Of a stretch of DNA of 64,000 bases, positions 47,701 through 56,360 are shown piece after piece. The notes under the pieces are model-generated. The model was given only the letters and a program-made list of their open reading frames with translations, made no database searches and was not told the DNA's origin. Origin of the DNA: an uncultured virus (IMG/VR IMGVR_UViG_3300017767_000001). Taxonomy: Duplodnaviria; Heunggongvirae; Uroviricota; Caudoviricetes. Every line of letters starts with the position of its first letter. The first letter of the stretch is position 1. Both the position numbers and the translations under genes were made by a program. The stretch lies in IMG/VR virus record IMGVR_UViG_3300017767_000001, positions 1 through 64,000 of that record. One strand, written 5' to 3'.

Positions 47701-50700
47701 ATACAAGATGTAACTTGCACAGCAAATGATCCTAACGGAAATGTTTTAACAATACAAAATCCTGCTGGTGTTCCTGTATTTGGAAGCCAAGCAGAGGCAG
47801 ATAGAGTTGTTCAAGGGGGTATTTGGGCTCTCAAAGATGAGAATGAAACAACAGCTTCTTATAAAACATATAAAGTTTTAAATATTGTTCATGAAGATGA
47901 CAATAGTTATGCAATTACTGCAGTAGAATATTTTGATACAAAATTTGATATAATTGAAACAAACTTTACTACTGCTGTTCCTGACCCTTTATTCCCAGTC
48001 GAAGATCCTGATAGCGTCTTGCCCGCGCCTAGAGGTCTTCGAGTATTTCGTTCTCCTCGAGCTGCAGACCCGGGAGAAGAGCTAGTTATAAAATGGGAGC
48101 CCCCTGCGGGGGAGTATGCAGAAACTGTATCAGGATATTCTATCTCTTGTAACATTCCAGGAATATTAGAAGAAGAAACCACAGCAGAAACCTATAAAGA
48201 ATTTAGTAAAGTTCCTGATGGAAAATATACTGTTTCTATACAAGCGTATTCTGCAACAGGCAAAAAATCTCGACCTACTTCAATTACTTTTTTTGTATAT
48301 GATGTATATGGAGGAACAGCAGAAAGATATAAGTACATTTTAAAAGGGGGAAAGGTTAGCGCACCCTCGGTAGTTACTAATGATCTGACATCAACTCCCA
48401 TAAATCAAAAATTTAGATTTGAACAAGATCCTTTATATATTCTCTCTAATAATGACACTTCCTCTACCGGTACCGGAAAAGAACTTAATATAGGGGGTAC
48501 TGGACTCGACTATAGTATATTAGGAAATTTTACCGGCTCCACTTGGTTCGGTGAGGCGCAGACTGACAAAACTGAAGCGTATGTATTTCTACGTAATTAT
48601 AAAACAACACCTAATCTTCGACTAATAAATTATGTGCAAGACAGTGCCTTAGGACTAGATTATTGGTATGATCAATCTTTAGCCACCCAAAAACATTATA
48701 ACGATAATGAAGTTTTTAATCATTTTCCTGGTAGTCCTGATATATGGGATCAGCAAAATGGGAAAGTCACACTAGAAAGCGGGTCTCCTAAAGTTACAGG
48801 AGCAGGCACCACCTGTAATTTCTTGACTGCATACTCTCCCACAAATGTAATAAAATTCAATGATGGCATGGCGGCAAAAGTAGCCTATGTAGAAGATGAT
48901 AGATGCCTATATATTGATAGAGTATTTACTTTTAAAACTCATTCAATAACTTCTGCGGAGGTTCTAACAAGTGGAAATGTCGGAAATGTTAAGTATATAG
49001 CACCGGGACATGATTTTGTTGTAGGAGATTATGTAACCATTGAAGGCATGAGCAACTCTGATTTTAACTCAGATCAGACAACTCATCATTCAAAGTTTAA
49101 AATCGTTGCAGTACAGCATAACCAATATAATGATGCAGGAAGTTTAACAACTAATGGCTACTTTGAAACGCGACCACGACTTGGTTCTAATGGCCAGTCT
49201 CTTACTGGGTCTTCAGCAGTAAATACAGGCGCTAACGCAACTACTGCTATTGGAAATGGAAAAACTGGAAACGATGCTGTTTATTCAAACCACTTTAAGG
49301 ATGAACTAAGTGTAGATTATTCTCGAGATTTTTTAATAGGAATAATTACTAACACAGGCTCATTCACTAATTACTGTACTTTAGACCCGGATATTGGCAG
49401 GCCAAGAGCAGTTGTTCTTGACTCTAATTTTTCTACTCTTAACTATAATACTGTAGGAGCTAGTGGAGGAACTATAACCAATGAATTGCAAAGTCCTTAC
49501 ACAGATCTTACTTTAACTGGTGTAGCAATTGGTTTTGAAGCCCCTCAATTTAAAGTAACAGGGAACTTTTTACCAAATTCAACGTATAGTGAAGATACTG
49601 CATTTGCTGATGTTACTAATTTTGCCACCGGACAATTTACGAAACAAATAGCAGGTGCTTCTTCAGATTCAGATGAAGTACCCGCATTTTCTTCTCTCCC
49701 TTTAGAATTTTCAGTAATTGTTCGTGAAAAATTTGATCCTGATAATGCGGCGAAGCAAGTAACTCAAACAATTAAAATTTTTGGTGTAAAGGATGGAGCT
49801 TCTGGCACAGAAGGCAGAACTGTATCTATTTTAGGAGATGATAGCTCAGTAAGATACGATAGTTCAAATGCAAATCCGGACCCAAGCTCAATAGTATTTA
49901 CTGCTACTGCTTTTAATTTTCCTGCTCCGACAACTGACGATGACGGAGCCTACATTAGATTTAAAGATCATAATGGAAATATTTTACAAGATTGGACAGC
50001 CATAAATACTGATGGAGTAGCTACCTATACTTTAAACTCGAGCTCATCAATAGTAATTAATGGAACAGCCACAAATCTTGGATACGGAGACGGACGACCC
50101 TCCGGCACAGATTTTAGACCAAAATATGTAGAAGCAGAAGCGTCTCTTGATATAAATCCACGAGTTGTTTCCGCAACTGATAGTACTCCTATTCTTTACA
50201 TAACAGATAATTCAACTGGGCTAAATGTAAACTTTCCAAATAATACTTACCCAATCGACTCTGCAAGTGATGGGACTATTTCAACCTCTACTCTTTCCGG
50301 CTCTGGTGGTACAATGGAAGTATTCATAGGAAACCAAGTAGGAAAGTATGTAGGTACAAATGATGGTACAGCAAATAAAAATAATAGTGCTATTAATTTA
50401 AATCCTGGTGAGTGGTATATTTCGAACGTACAATCTTCTGATTCCGATTTAACAGCAGGTAATATTTCATATGGGGGAGGAACAAATGGTAATCAAATTA
50501 TTACTATTGCTGATGCTAGTTTTAATACTGGTGGAAATGGTCTTAACAATTCCGAAACAATCACTTGGACCATAACCGGCGCGGATTCTGCCTCAACGAC
50601 TCTCACTACTAACGTTCAACAATCTTTGTTCAAAAACAAACCCGGAATAAATGCTACCCCAGCTTCGCCCGGAGAGGATGCTTATAATGTAGCAGGCACA

Positions 50701-52269
50701 AATTCTTCTCATTTATTTATTGCAAATGAAAATGGAATTGTTAGCAGTAATAATAATAATTTTTCAACTGGTTTTTCTGTAACTAAAGGAGGCACCTCTT
50801 ATACTTATGCTACAACTGGAGGCGCTAACGATACGAAATTTTCTATAACTCTTACTAATCCTGTGAACTGTGTGGGATCAGTTAGTAGTACAGGAATAGT
50901 TACTATTAGCAGTACTAGTTCTACAATTCTTACTTCTGCTTCTGTGACTACGGCTTCCTTAACGGTAGAAATTAGAGACTTAGGGGATAATGACTCATTA
51001 ATTGAAACTCATATTTTAAGATTTTCAAAAGTTAAACAATCAGTTCGAGACGGAGCAACCTTTACTTTCGGCTCAGTAGGAACAACAACTGCATCGGCTT
51101 GGGCAGGAACTTTAACAGCCTCCGCGGCTCAAGCTGCTGCAGGATTGGTAATTGGTAGCTCCACAGATGGGCACATTTCTCCTAACGATAGAGTCACACT
51201 AAGCTCCCCGCCTTACGCAGCAACACGAGTTTATACAGGCTCCAGAACAAATAATAGTGGCACTAATGGCCCCGTGAGCGCCTCTAGTTTCAGTTCGGTA
51301 GTAACTGAGTTTATTGATGGAAGTGCAATTGTAACTGGTACCCTTTCTGCTAATACGCTAGCTGCGAATACAACTATTAGTAATGCGATAAGAGCAGGAG
51401 AAAGAATAACTGTTGGAACTTCATCATCTCCTGCATCTGGAAAAATAAACAGTATAAATAAAACTAGTTTTAGTGATAATGATGCTGGTTTTTATATGGA
51501 TGGCTCAGGCGATTTTGTAGTTGGAAACAGTACTAATTACTTTAAATTTGATGCCAGCGCAGGAACAATCTCACTTGTAGCTCCAAGTATTCAGCTTACT
51601 GGACCTCCGGGCAATGATGGTACTGATGGTACTGATGGTAACGATGGTAACGATGGTAACGATGGTAACGATGGTAACGATGGTCAGGATGGTAACGATG
51701 GTCAGAATGGTCAGGATGGTCAGAATGGTCAGGATGGTCAGGATGGTCAGGATGGTCAGGATGGTCAGGATGGGGCAACAGGACCTGCAGGACAAGATGG
51801 TGTACCGGGAAGTCCGGGAACACCAGGAGCTATGGGACCTCCGGGACAGTCAGGCCCTCCAGGTAGTACGGGGCCTCAAGGACCCCCGGGATCTGCTGGA
51901 ACTCAAGGAGCAGACGGCGCAGGCGGGTTCTTATACATAGTTCAAAGTAATAGTAGTACTCCTGCTTCTAGTACAATTCCTACAGGAACATATGTGGACG
52001 GAGCTGTTGCAATTGTTCAAAATAATAATAATGAACAAAGAGCTTTTAGATTTAATGGTTCTTCTTCGCAATGGATTGGCCAGTCTTTAATTAATGCAGA
52101 TGTATTATTTGCAAATGCAATCGGTGCCACTCAGCTACAAATTTCCGCAGACAATTCGAATACTGCAAGTTCTATTTTTATGGACGGCAGTTCAGGACCT
52201 AGCGGAACAGGGCCTCGAATACTTATAAGAGATTCGAGTAGGATTCGTGTAATACTTGGAAGACTTTAA
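44731..52269 (+). CDS. central tail fibre/host-specificity protein J-like
   Basis: D.ISEGPI.GL, WTDNPAWIFYD.LTN.RYG, YCDELV.DG.GG.EPRF, FGCTSEGQA.R.G.W, FN3 domain, C-terminal collagen. Confidence 0.9.
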   Translation: MVMPSIDWKGPNWVAQGSIEGASSTEQVIGITDIISEGPIAGLAKGGGSIYLNNDSLFTDEETVFASTVGLTASSDHASGSGPNIVINDFEKQSFNWSPSQDELNTLTRFICIHNFREFGDGVTGVGATNSTFSINSSSAAVGGHQAWQQPAGFNIIIDGDFSLFPDGAIVDKHHFTLQNIQNNDGLVTIKDPSSDRKLTGYATNINGNKDQLTVKVLLPNLDNHQWLNETDANGNNKIIISLSVFVKISSINGNEITLTGQIGIFEKCRFSFTKPQYKDGSSANSYNRKVRSSTFQFVPGTKDQQPLKTLADSPGSSTVALPGLPSLELGVVQTITHTGAQAGEIDEIQLLFRYNSGLYTINTESGDKENAGAGYVIKLETQGSVNAQGVISWDDQGFLDGNMTMTTGEYSLANQLINGYDGVSGGDSGSPVTLGGPENSSSGVKFDGPSGPNTNLLLEGTPIFGHGGKHVGPVSFTHTINLEPFQPFSGFRLKVCRITASQNTTDDAFGRAHTWGNRDSRTKLGYRGSDVDKWQAIQAGGISGAFGIIKEKLNFPYTALANVTFSSRQFDSVPTRMYDCFGMLVKVPSNYTTREETGLVVTPAPGTLEKVGSLPSPHRLYSGLFTGQFREEKVWTDNPAWIFYDILTNNRYGVGEFVQTSDIDIYSLYKIARYCDELVSDGKGGVEPRFRANLYIQKATDVYKVLKDMATIFRGMLYWMDGQLTPVIDEAKAPTYTFNRSNVVDGAFSYEQTGTKTRTNQVVVQWNNPENDYKLEPLFVEDRENIIKTGQIVKSESVAFGCTSEGQAIRYGRWKLWTALNQTEIVSFKSALNAAFIAPGDIVNIQDNHDYGFAFGGRISNASYSSGNTTITLDRDISVDPESGSHTNIGSAGTYTLALLVAERKVVAAKDCKIWDSSTTPAAYKNFKKGDVVTKWWNGTTQIEVDQPSGWSNDQFEQYTADSWTAPTNVPAGEDEPVPLHLEYADAHRIQDVTCTANDPNGNVLTIQNPAGVPVFGSQAEADRVVQGGIWALKDENETTASYKTYKVLNIVHEDDNSYAITAVEYFDTKFDIIETNFTTAVPDPLFPVEDPDSVLPAPRGLRVFRSPRAADPGEELVIKWEPPAGEYAETVSGYSISCNIPGILEEETTAETYKEFSKVPDGKYTVSIQAYSATGKKSRPTSITFFVYDVYGGTAERYKYILKGGKVSAPSVVTNDLTSTPINQKFRFEQDPLYILSNNDTSSTGTGKELNIGGTGLDYSILGNFTGSTWFGEAQTDKTEAYVFLRNYKTTPNLRLINYVQDSALGLDYWYDQSLATQKHYNDNEVFNHFPGSPDIWDQQNGKVTLESGSPKVTGAGTTCNFLTAYSPTNVIKFNDGMAAKVAYVEDDRCLYIDRVFTFKTHSITSAEVLTSGNVGNVKYIAPGHDFVVGDYVTIEGMSNSDFNSDQTTHHSKFKIVAVQHNQYNDAGSLTTNGYFETRPRLGSNGQSLTGSSAVNTGANATTAIGNGKTGNDAVYSNHFKDELSVDYSRDFLIGIITNTGSFTNYCTLDPDIGRPRAVVLDSNFSTLNYNTVGASGGTITNELQSPYTDLTLTGVAIGFEAPQFKVTGNFLPNSTYSEDTAFADVTNFATGQFTKQIAGASSDSDEVPAFSSLPLEFSVIVREKFDPDNAAKQVTQTIKIFGVKDGASGTEGRTVSILGDDSSVRYDSSNANPDPSSIVFTATAFNFPAPTTDDDGAYIRFKDHNGNILQDWTAINTDGVATYTLNSSSSIVINGTATNLGYGDGRPSGTDFRPKYVEAEASLDINPRVVSATDSTPILYITDNSTGLNVNFPNNTYPIDSASDGTISTSTLSGSGGTMEVFIGNQVGKYVGTNDGTANKNNSAINLNPGEWYISNVQSSDSDLTAGNISYGGGTNGNQIITIADASFNTGGNGLNNSETITWTITGADSASTTLTTNVQQSLFKNKPGINATPASPGEDAYNVAGTNSSHLFIANENGIVSSNNNNFSTGFSVTKGGTSYTYATTGGANDTKFSITLTNPVNCVGSVSSTGIVTISSTSSTILTSASVTTASLTVEIRDLGDNDSLIETHILRFSKVKQSVRDGATFTFGSVGTTTASAWAGTLTASAAQAAAGLVIGSSTDGHISPNDRVTLSSPPYAATRVYTGSRTNNSGTNGPVSASSFSSVVTEFIDGSAIVTGTLSANTLAANTTISNAIRAGERITVGTSSSPASGKINSINKTSFSDNDAGFYMDGSGDFVVGNSTNYFKFDASAGTISLVAPSIQLTGPPGNDGTDGTDGNDGNDGNDGNDGNDGQDGNDGQNGQDGQNGQDGQDGQDGQDGQDGATGPAGQDGVPGSPGTPGAMGPPGQSGPPGSTGPQGPPGSAGTQGADGAGGFLYIVQSNSSTPASSTIPTGTYVDGAVAIVQNNNNEQRAFRFNGSSSQWIGQSLINADVLFANAIGATQLQISADNSNTASSIFMDGSSGPSGTGPRILIRDSSRIRVILGRL
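51601..51920 (+). repeat. collagen-like Gly-X-Y repeat (9-nt tandem units)
   Basis: (GATGGTAAC)n and (GATGGTCAG)n, then GPP/GAP-type triplets. Confidence 0.95.
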
Positions 52270-52272
52270 TTA

Positions 52273-52842
52273 ATGAAACAATTAATAAATACTCCCTTCT
52301 CTTTATGGGAAGGAGAGTTATCTTTAGATATTTGTAATGCAATTATAACTGAAGGTCTGGCCCAGACTAAAACACAAGGAACGATAAATAACAATGAAAC
52401 TATAGATGAAAACATGAGAAAGGGAAATATTGCTTGGTTAGCTAAAAATGGCTGGATAGATAATCTTTTATTTAATTATGTATATAGAGCAAATATGTTA
52501 AATAATTGGTTTTTTCAATTAACAAGTAGAGAGGCCCCTCAGTTTACTATCTACGAAAAAGATGAACATTACGACTGGCACAGAGATTGTGATGCAGCGC
52601 ACTCCCTTCAGAGAAAACTTTCTGTTACTGTTCAACTTTCTGATCCTACTTCTTATGAAGGAGGAAATTTTCATATTAGAGACTACTGGAATGAAAATGA
52701 AATTTTTAGCTGGCACTCTGGAGCAAAAGTACAAGGCACAATAATAGTTTTTGGGTCTTCACTAAAACATAAAGTATTTACAGTTACAAAAGGTGTTAGA
52801 TACTCTTTAGTACAATGGTACTCCGGTCCAGATTTCATATAA
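52273..52842 (+). CDS. 2OG-Fe(II) oxygenase (prolyl-hydroxylase-like)
   Basis: YDWHRD (HxD), RKLSVTVQL, YEGG, H.V..VTKG.RYSLV.W. Confidence 0.9.
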   Translation: MKQLINTPFSLWEGELSLDICNAIITEGLAQTKTQGTINNNETIDENMRKGNIAWLAKNGWIDNLLFNYVYRANMLNNWFFQLTSREAPQFTIYEKDEHYDWHRDCDAAHSLQRKLSVTVQLSDPTSYEGGNFHIRDYWNENEIFSWHSGAKVQGTIIVFGSSLKHKVFTVTKGVRYSLVQWYSGPDFI

Positions 52843-52859
52843 CCACTAAAAAATAACTC

Positions 52860-52888
52860 TTGACATTTCATGTGAGGATTGATATAAT
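52860..52888 (+). promoter_or_regulatory. sigma70 promoter
   Basis: TTGACA-17-TATAAT. Confidence 0.85.
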
Positions 52889-52935
52889 CATTTTAACTTG
52901 TAATAAAAGCCTCCTCTAGGAGTACGTTAAAGTAA

Positions 52936-53283
52936 ATGGATATAATTCAAGTAGTAAAAGGAGATACAGGACCGCAGCTAAAGGCGACTGTAACTCGATC
53001 AGATACTGGAGAGGCTTTCGTAGGGTCTGGCACCATAAATTTACGTATCCGTAAAAAAGCTACGACTTCAATACTAGCAACTATTCCTTTAGATACCGTT
53101 ACTTCTAATCTAGCAGCAGGACTTTTGGTCTTTCCTCTTTCTAGTTTCTTGGCGCCCTCGAGCGGCACGGGGCCAGAAGAAGGGTTTTATGAAGCAGAAA
53201 TTGAATTTACTCTTGCAAATGGAGAGGTAATGAGTGTTTTTGAGTTAATTGATATAAAAGTCAGAGACGATTTTGGATCGTGA
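52936..53283 (+). CDS. BppU-N-like/collar protein
   Basis: V.GDT.P.L..T, G.YEAEIE.T...G....V.......VRDDF. Confidence 0.65.
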   Translation: MDIIQVVKGDTGPQLKATVTRSDTGEAFVGSGTINLRIRKKATTSILATIPLDTVTSNLAAGLLVFPLSSFLAPSSGTGPEEGFYEAEIEFTLANGEVMSVFELIDIKVRDDFGS

Positions 53284-53462
53284 AAAAGAATTTAATACTG
53301 TTTGGAGCAAATGCAGGAAATACTCCTGTACTGAAAAAAACAACTTTAACAACTCCAGACTTAGCAACTCGAAAAACTAATACTGCGGTATTCTTTTCTT
53401 TGATAGAAGATTCTCCTAAACTAAAAGAGGTGGGGTCCAATCAAATAAATATAGTGATCTAA
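53280..53462 (+). CDS. hypothetical protein
   Basis: GTGA-coupled ORF. Confidence 0.45.
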   Translation: MKKNLILFGANAGNTPVLKKTTLTTPDLATRKTNTAVFFSLIEDSPKLKEVGSNQINIVI

Positions 53463-56348
53463 ATGGCTGATTTCGATATAAAAGTATTATTGGCGGAAGC
53501 AAAAGACGATCCTAGATTTCAAAAAATTACTACAAATGGTTTGAGAATGGGTTCCACAGCCCTATCAAATGATCCGATAGTTTCAGGAGTAGATGGAGGC
53601 AAAGCGCCTCTTTTATTTAATGTACAGTCAAATACTCCAAGTTTATTTGATATTGCAATAGATATTTTTATAATTCTTCAAGAAGAAATTGCAAATACCG
53701 TAACTCTAGCAGATGTTGTAGATATATTACACTCAAAAAGACTAGTAAATTTTGTAAGTATAAAAGACTTATTAGATACAAAGCTTTCTACTCTTAGACA
53801 AGAATCAATAGAGGCTATTTCAAGGTTTACAATCGAACAAGAAAAAGCAATAGCAGATATATTTAAAATTAGTGATAATGTAGACGATGTTATATATTTG
53901 CAAAATAGAAACTTTAAAGAGATTATAAATGCAATTAACCATGTTGCTAAAGAACAAAAGTTAATTATGCATAGAGGGACAGGGGGAATCGTACGATACC
54001 CTTTAGCAGACATAGCAATTGCAATGTCTCACCCAGTAACTCAGGGAGGCGTAAATAATTTACAACAAGGATTGAAACCAAGAGGTGATTTTGGTACTGG
54101 ATATACAGCGAATACTTGGCCTTTAAATGATACAAAATGGAAGTACTGGGAATATCAATATAGAAGTAATGGAACTTTTAGCTCAAGCGGCCCATATGGA
54201 AATAACTATTTTTCTTTAGGCCCTTATTTTGTTCCTGCTGGAAGGTCTGTTAACAACTTTTATACGCCCAGTACTCAAGGAAACTATTTAACTCCAAGGT
54301 GGTCAAATTTTACAAACGACTGGTATGATTGGGATAAGTACATGCCAGAATTAAAGTACCAGCTTGAAAATTTTTACCCCAGCGGCCAGCTTGGTATAAC
54401 AGGTTCTTATGTTTATTGGTGGATGCCGGGGTACTATAAAGTATTTGCTGCGCAAAATTTCCCAATTTTTACCGGTTCTTTTGGTGCTTATAGAGGCCCT
54501 TTAATATATGCAGCAAGTCCTTTAGAGTATAGTAAAGACACGGGCACTCCCTTAGACGATATTAATGTAGGCGCTATAAAATTTTTAGAAGTTTTTGATT
54601 CAGGAAGTCTTAATTTGCCTAAAGGCCCTGGAAGTACTCTACAAACCGGAGGATTTTGGTTTAATCAAAACTTAAATGCCCCTTTATATACATTTACAGC
54701 AGAAAATACTCCGGTTTTAGCAAATATAGAAAATGCAAAAACAGAAGATTTTAAAGGAGCACTAGTAAAAATAGTTTCTGAAATAAAAGAAATAAAGAAA
54801 CGGTCTTTCCAAAGGCCCAAAGAATTATTAAATGTTTTGTCAGAGGCTCTTATTCCAAAAGGAAAATTTCTACCAACAGAAAAAGTAGACTTCGAAGAAG
54901 TAATAACTTTTGCCCAGTCTATAACATTAAGCCCCCAAACATTTAAAGTAGCTGATGAAAAGCACCCTGATAAAATAGGAAAAGGGCTATTAGAACTACT
55001 AGTACAAAAAGAACACGTACTTACCCCAAAAGTAATTTTTTTACTTACAAAATTCTTTAGTTCTGACAGGCAAAAATTGAAAATAACTACTGCACTATCG
55101 AATCAAAAAGTAAAACTTTTAGACAGGCATAGTAAAGATATAGGAGTAGGAAAAAGGTCCGAAAATATTGAAAGCTTTAGTCATCTTATTGATTCTCCTG
55201 CAGAAACAATTATTAAAGGTGAGCGAGTATCGACTAGCACAGAAAAACAAAAGAAAGTTGTAAAACCTCTGCGTGAGGGTATTGATCTTTCTGACATAGA
55301 GTTTTTCAATATGAATAGGGCTTTATTTGAAATATTTGATTTAAAAGATCCTGTACTTACTTCAGCTAAATCTAGGGTAGAATCAGATAGAGTACTGTTA
55401 CAAAGTACAGAAGCAAAAGATGTAACTAAACCTTTATTTGAGGGTGTAGATCTTTCTCATAGAGAAACTTTTGATTCAATAAAATCTTTATTTACTGATA
55501 ACGGAGCCTTTAGAATAAATACTGTAAACCCTACAAAAGCACGAGTAGAAAGCGATAAAGTTTTATTAAAAAGTTTTACAGATATAATTAGACAGTTTGA
55601 ACTGCTAGACAAGGCAGATTTTGATGCTCGCAGACTTAATAAAGATATTGAAAAAATTATACATCATGCATCAAAAAGTAGTACACAAGATATAACATTA
55701 GTAACTGCAAACTCTTTAATTCATGGAGAAGTACTGGGTATAATAAGCAGAGATAGAGACGCGGGAGGAAGTGGCGATGTATTTTTTACTTTTAAGCCCG
55801 CTTTTAGAAAAGACAAAATAGATGTAGACGATGAAGAAGTTGTAAAAGATGTAACTAAACCTTTATCAATAGATTCTGCCGCAACAAAAGAAGTTTTAAT
55901 GCAAAGAGCAAGAGCAAAAATTATAGGAAATAAAGCATTTGTAGATGATATTATTTTTGCATTTAAAATGGGAAAAGGTATTAAAAACGATAAAATAGCC
56001 GTAGATGATGAAGAAGTTATAAAAGATTTAGAAAAGCCTTTAAAAACAATTGGAGATTTAAAAGATTTCTTTTTAACTGCTCCTGCAAGTATTGCTATAA
56101 AAAGGTCTACTTTTACAACAAATGATGATTTTAACCCTTGGGTCATGAATAAAATTATACATGAACTAGGTTTGACCGCACAAGATTTAGTGCGAAAAAA
56201 ATACCTCCCAAGAAGAAGTATTGATAACGTTCTTCAATCCTCTGAAAAAGGAGTCGCCTTTATTAGAGATGAAGAATATACAAAAGGCCCATATTTTTTA
56301 CAACCGTATGTTGCCGCAATACCCCCTGGCAGGTCACGCCAATTTTAA
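53463..56348 (+). CDS. large virion protein with KDVTKPL-type repeats
   Basis: Repetitive stalk-like segments around an aromatic-rich central domain. Confidence 0.55.
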   Translation: MADFDIKVLLAEAKDDPRFQKITTNGLRMGSTALSNDPIVSGVDGGKAPLLFNVQSNTPSLFDIAIDIFIILQEEIANTVTLADVVDILHSKRLVNFVSIKDLLDTKLSTLRQESIEAISRFTIEQEKAIADIFKISDNVDDVIYLQNRNFKEIINAINHVAKEQKLIMHRGTGGIVRYPLADIAIAMSHPVTQGGVNNLQQGLKPRGDFGTGYTANTWPLNDTKWKYWEYQYRSNGTFSSSGPYGNNYFSLGPYFVPAGRSVNNFYTPSTQGNYLTPRWSNFTNDWYDWDKYMPELKYQLENFYPSGQLGITGSYVYWWMPGYYKVFAAQNFPIFTGSFGAYRGPLIYAASPLEYSKDTGTPLDDINVGAIKFLEVFDSGSLNLPKGPGSTLQTGGFWFNQNLNAPLYTFTAENTPVLANIENAKTEDFKGALVKIVSEIKEIKKRSFQRPKELLNVLSEALIPKGKFLPTEKVDFEEVITFAQSITLSPQTFKVADEKHPDKIGKGLLELLVQKEHVLTPKVIFLLTKFFSSDRQKLKITTALSNQKVKLLDRHSKDIGVGKRSENIESFSHLIDSPAETIIKGERVSTSTEKQKKVVKPLREGIDLSDIEFFNMNRALFEIFDLKDPVLTSAKSRVESDRVLLQSTEAKDVTKPLFEGVDLSHRETFDSIKSLFTDNGAFRINTVNPTKARVESDKVLLKSFTDIIRQFELLDKADFDARRLNKDIEKIIHHASKSSTQDITLVTANSLIHGEVLGIISRDRDAGGSGDVFFTFKPAFRKDKIDVDDEEVVKDVTKPLSIDSAATKEVLMQRARAKIIGNKAFVDDIIFAFKMGKGIKNDKIAVDDEEVIKDLEKPLKTIGDLKDFFLTAPASIAIKRSTFTTNDDFNPWVMNKIIHELGLTAQDLVRKKYLPRRSIDNVLQSSEKGVAFIRDEEYTKGPYFLQPYVAAIPPGRSRQF

Positions 56349-56360
56349 AGGAGAAATTAA

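Noticed and set aside
51571..51940. Alternative-frame ORFs (MVR, ILT, HPD repeats)
   Set aside because: Shadows of the 9-nt collagen repeat.
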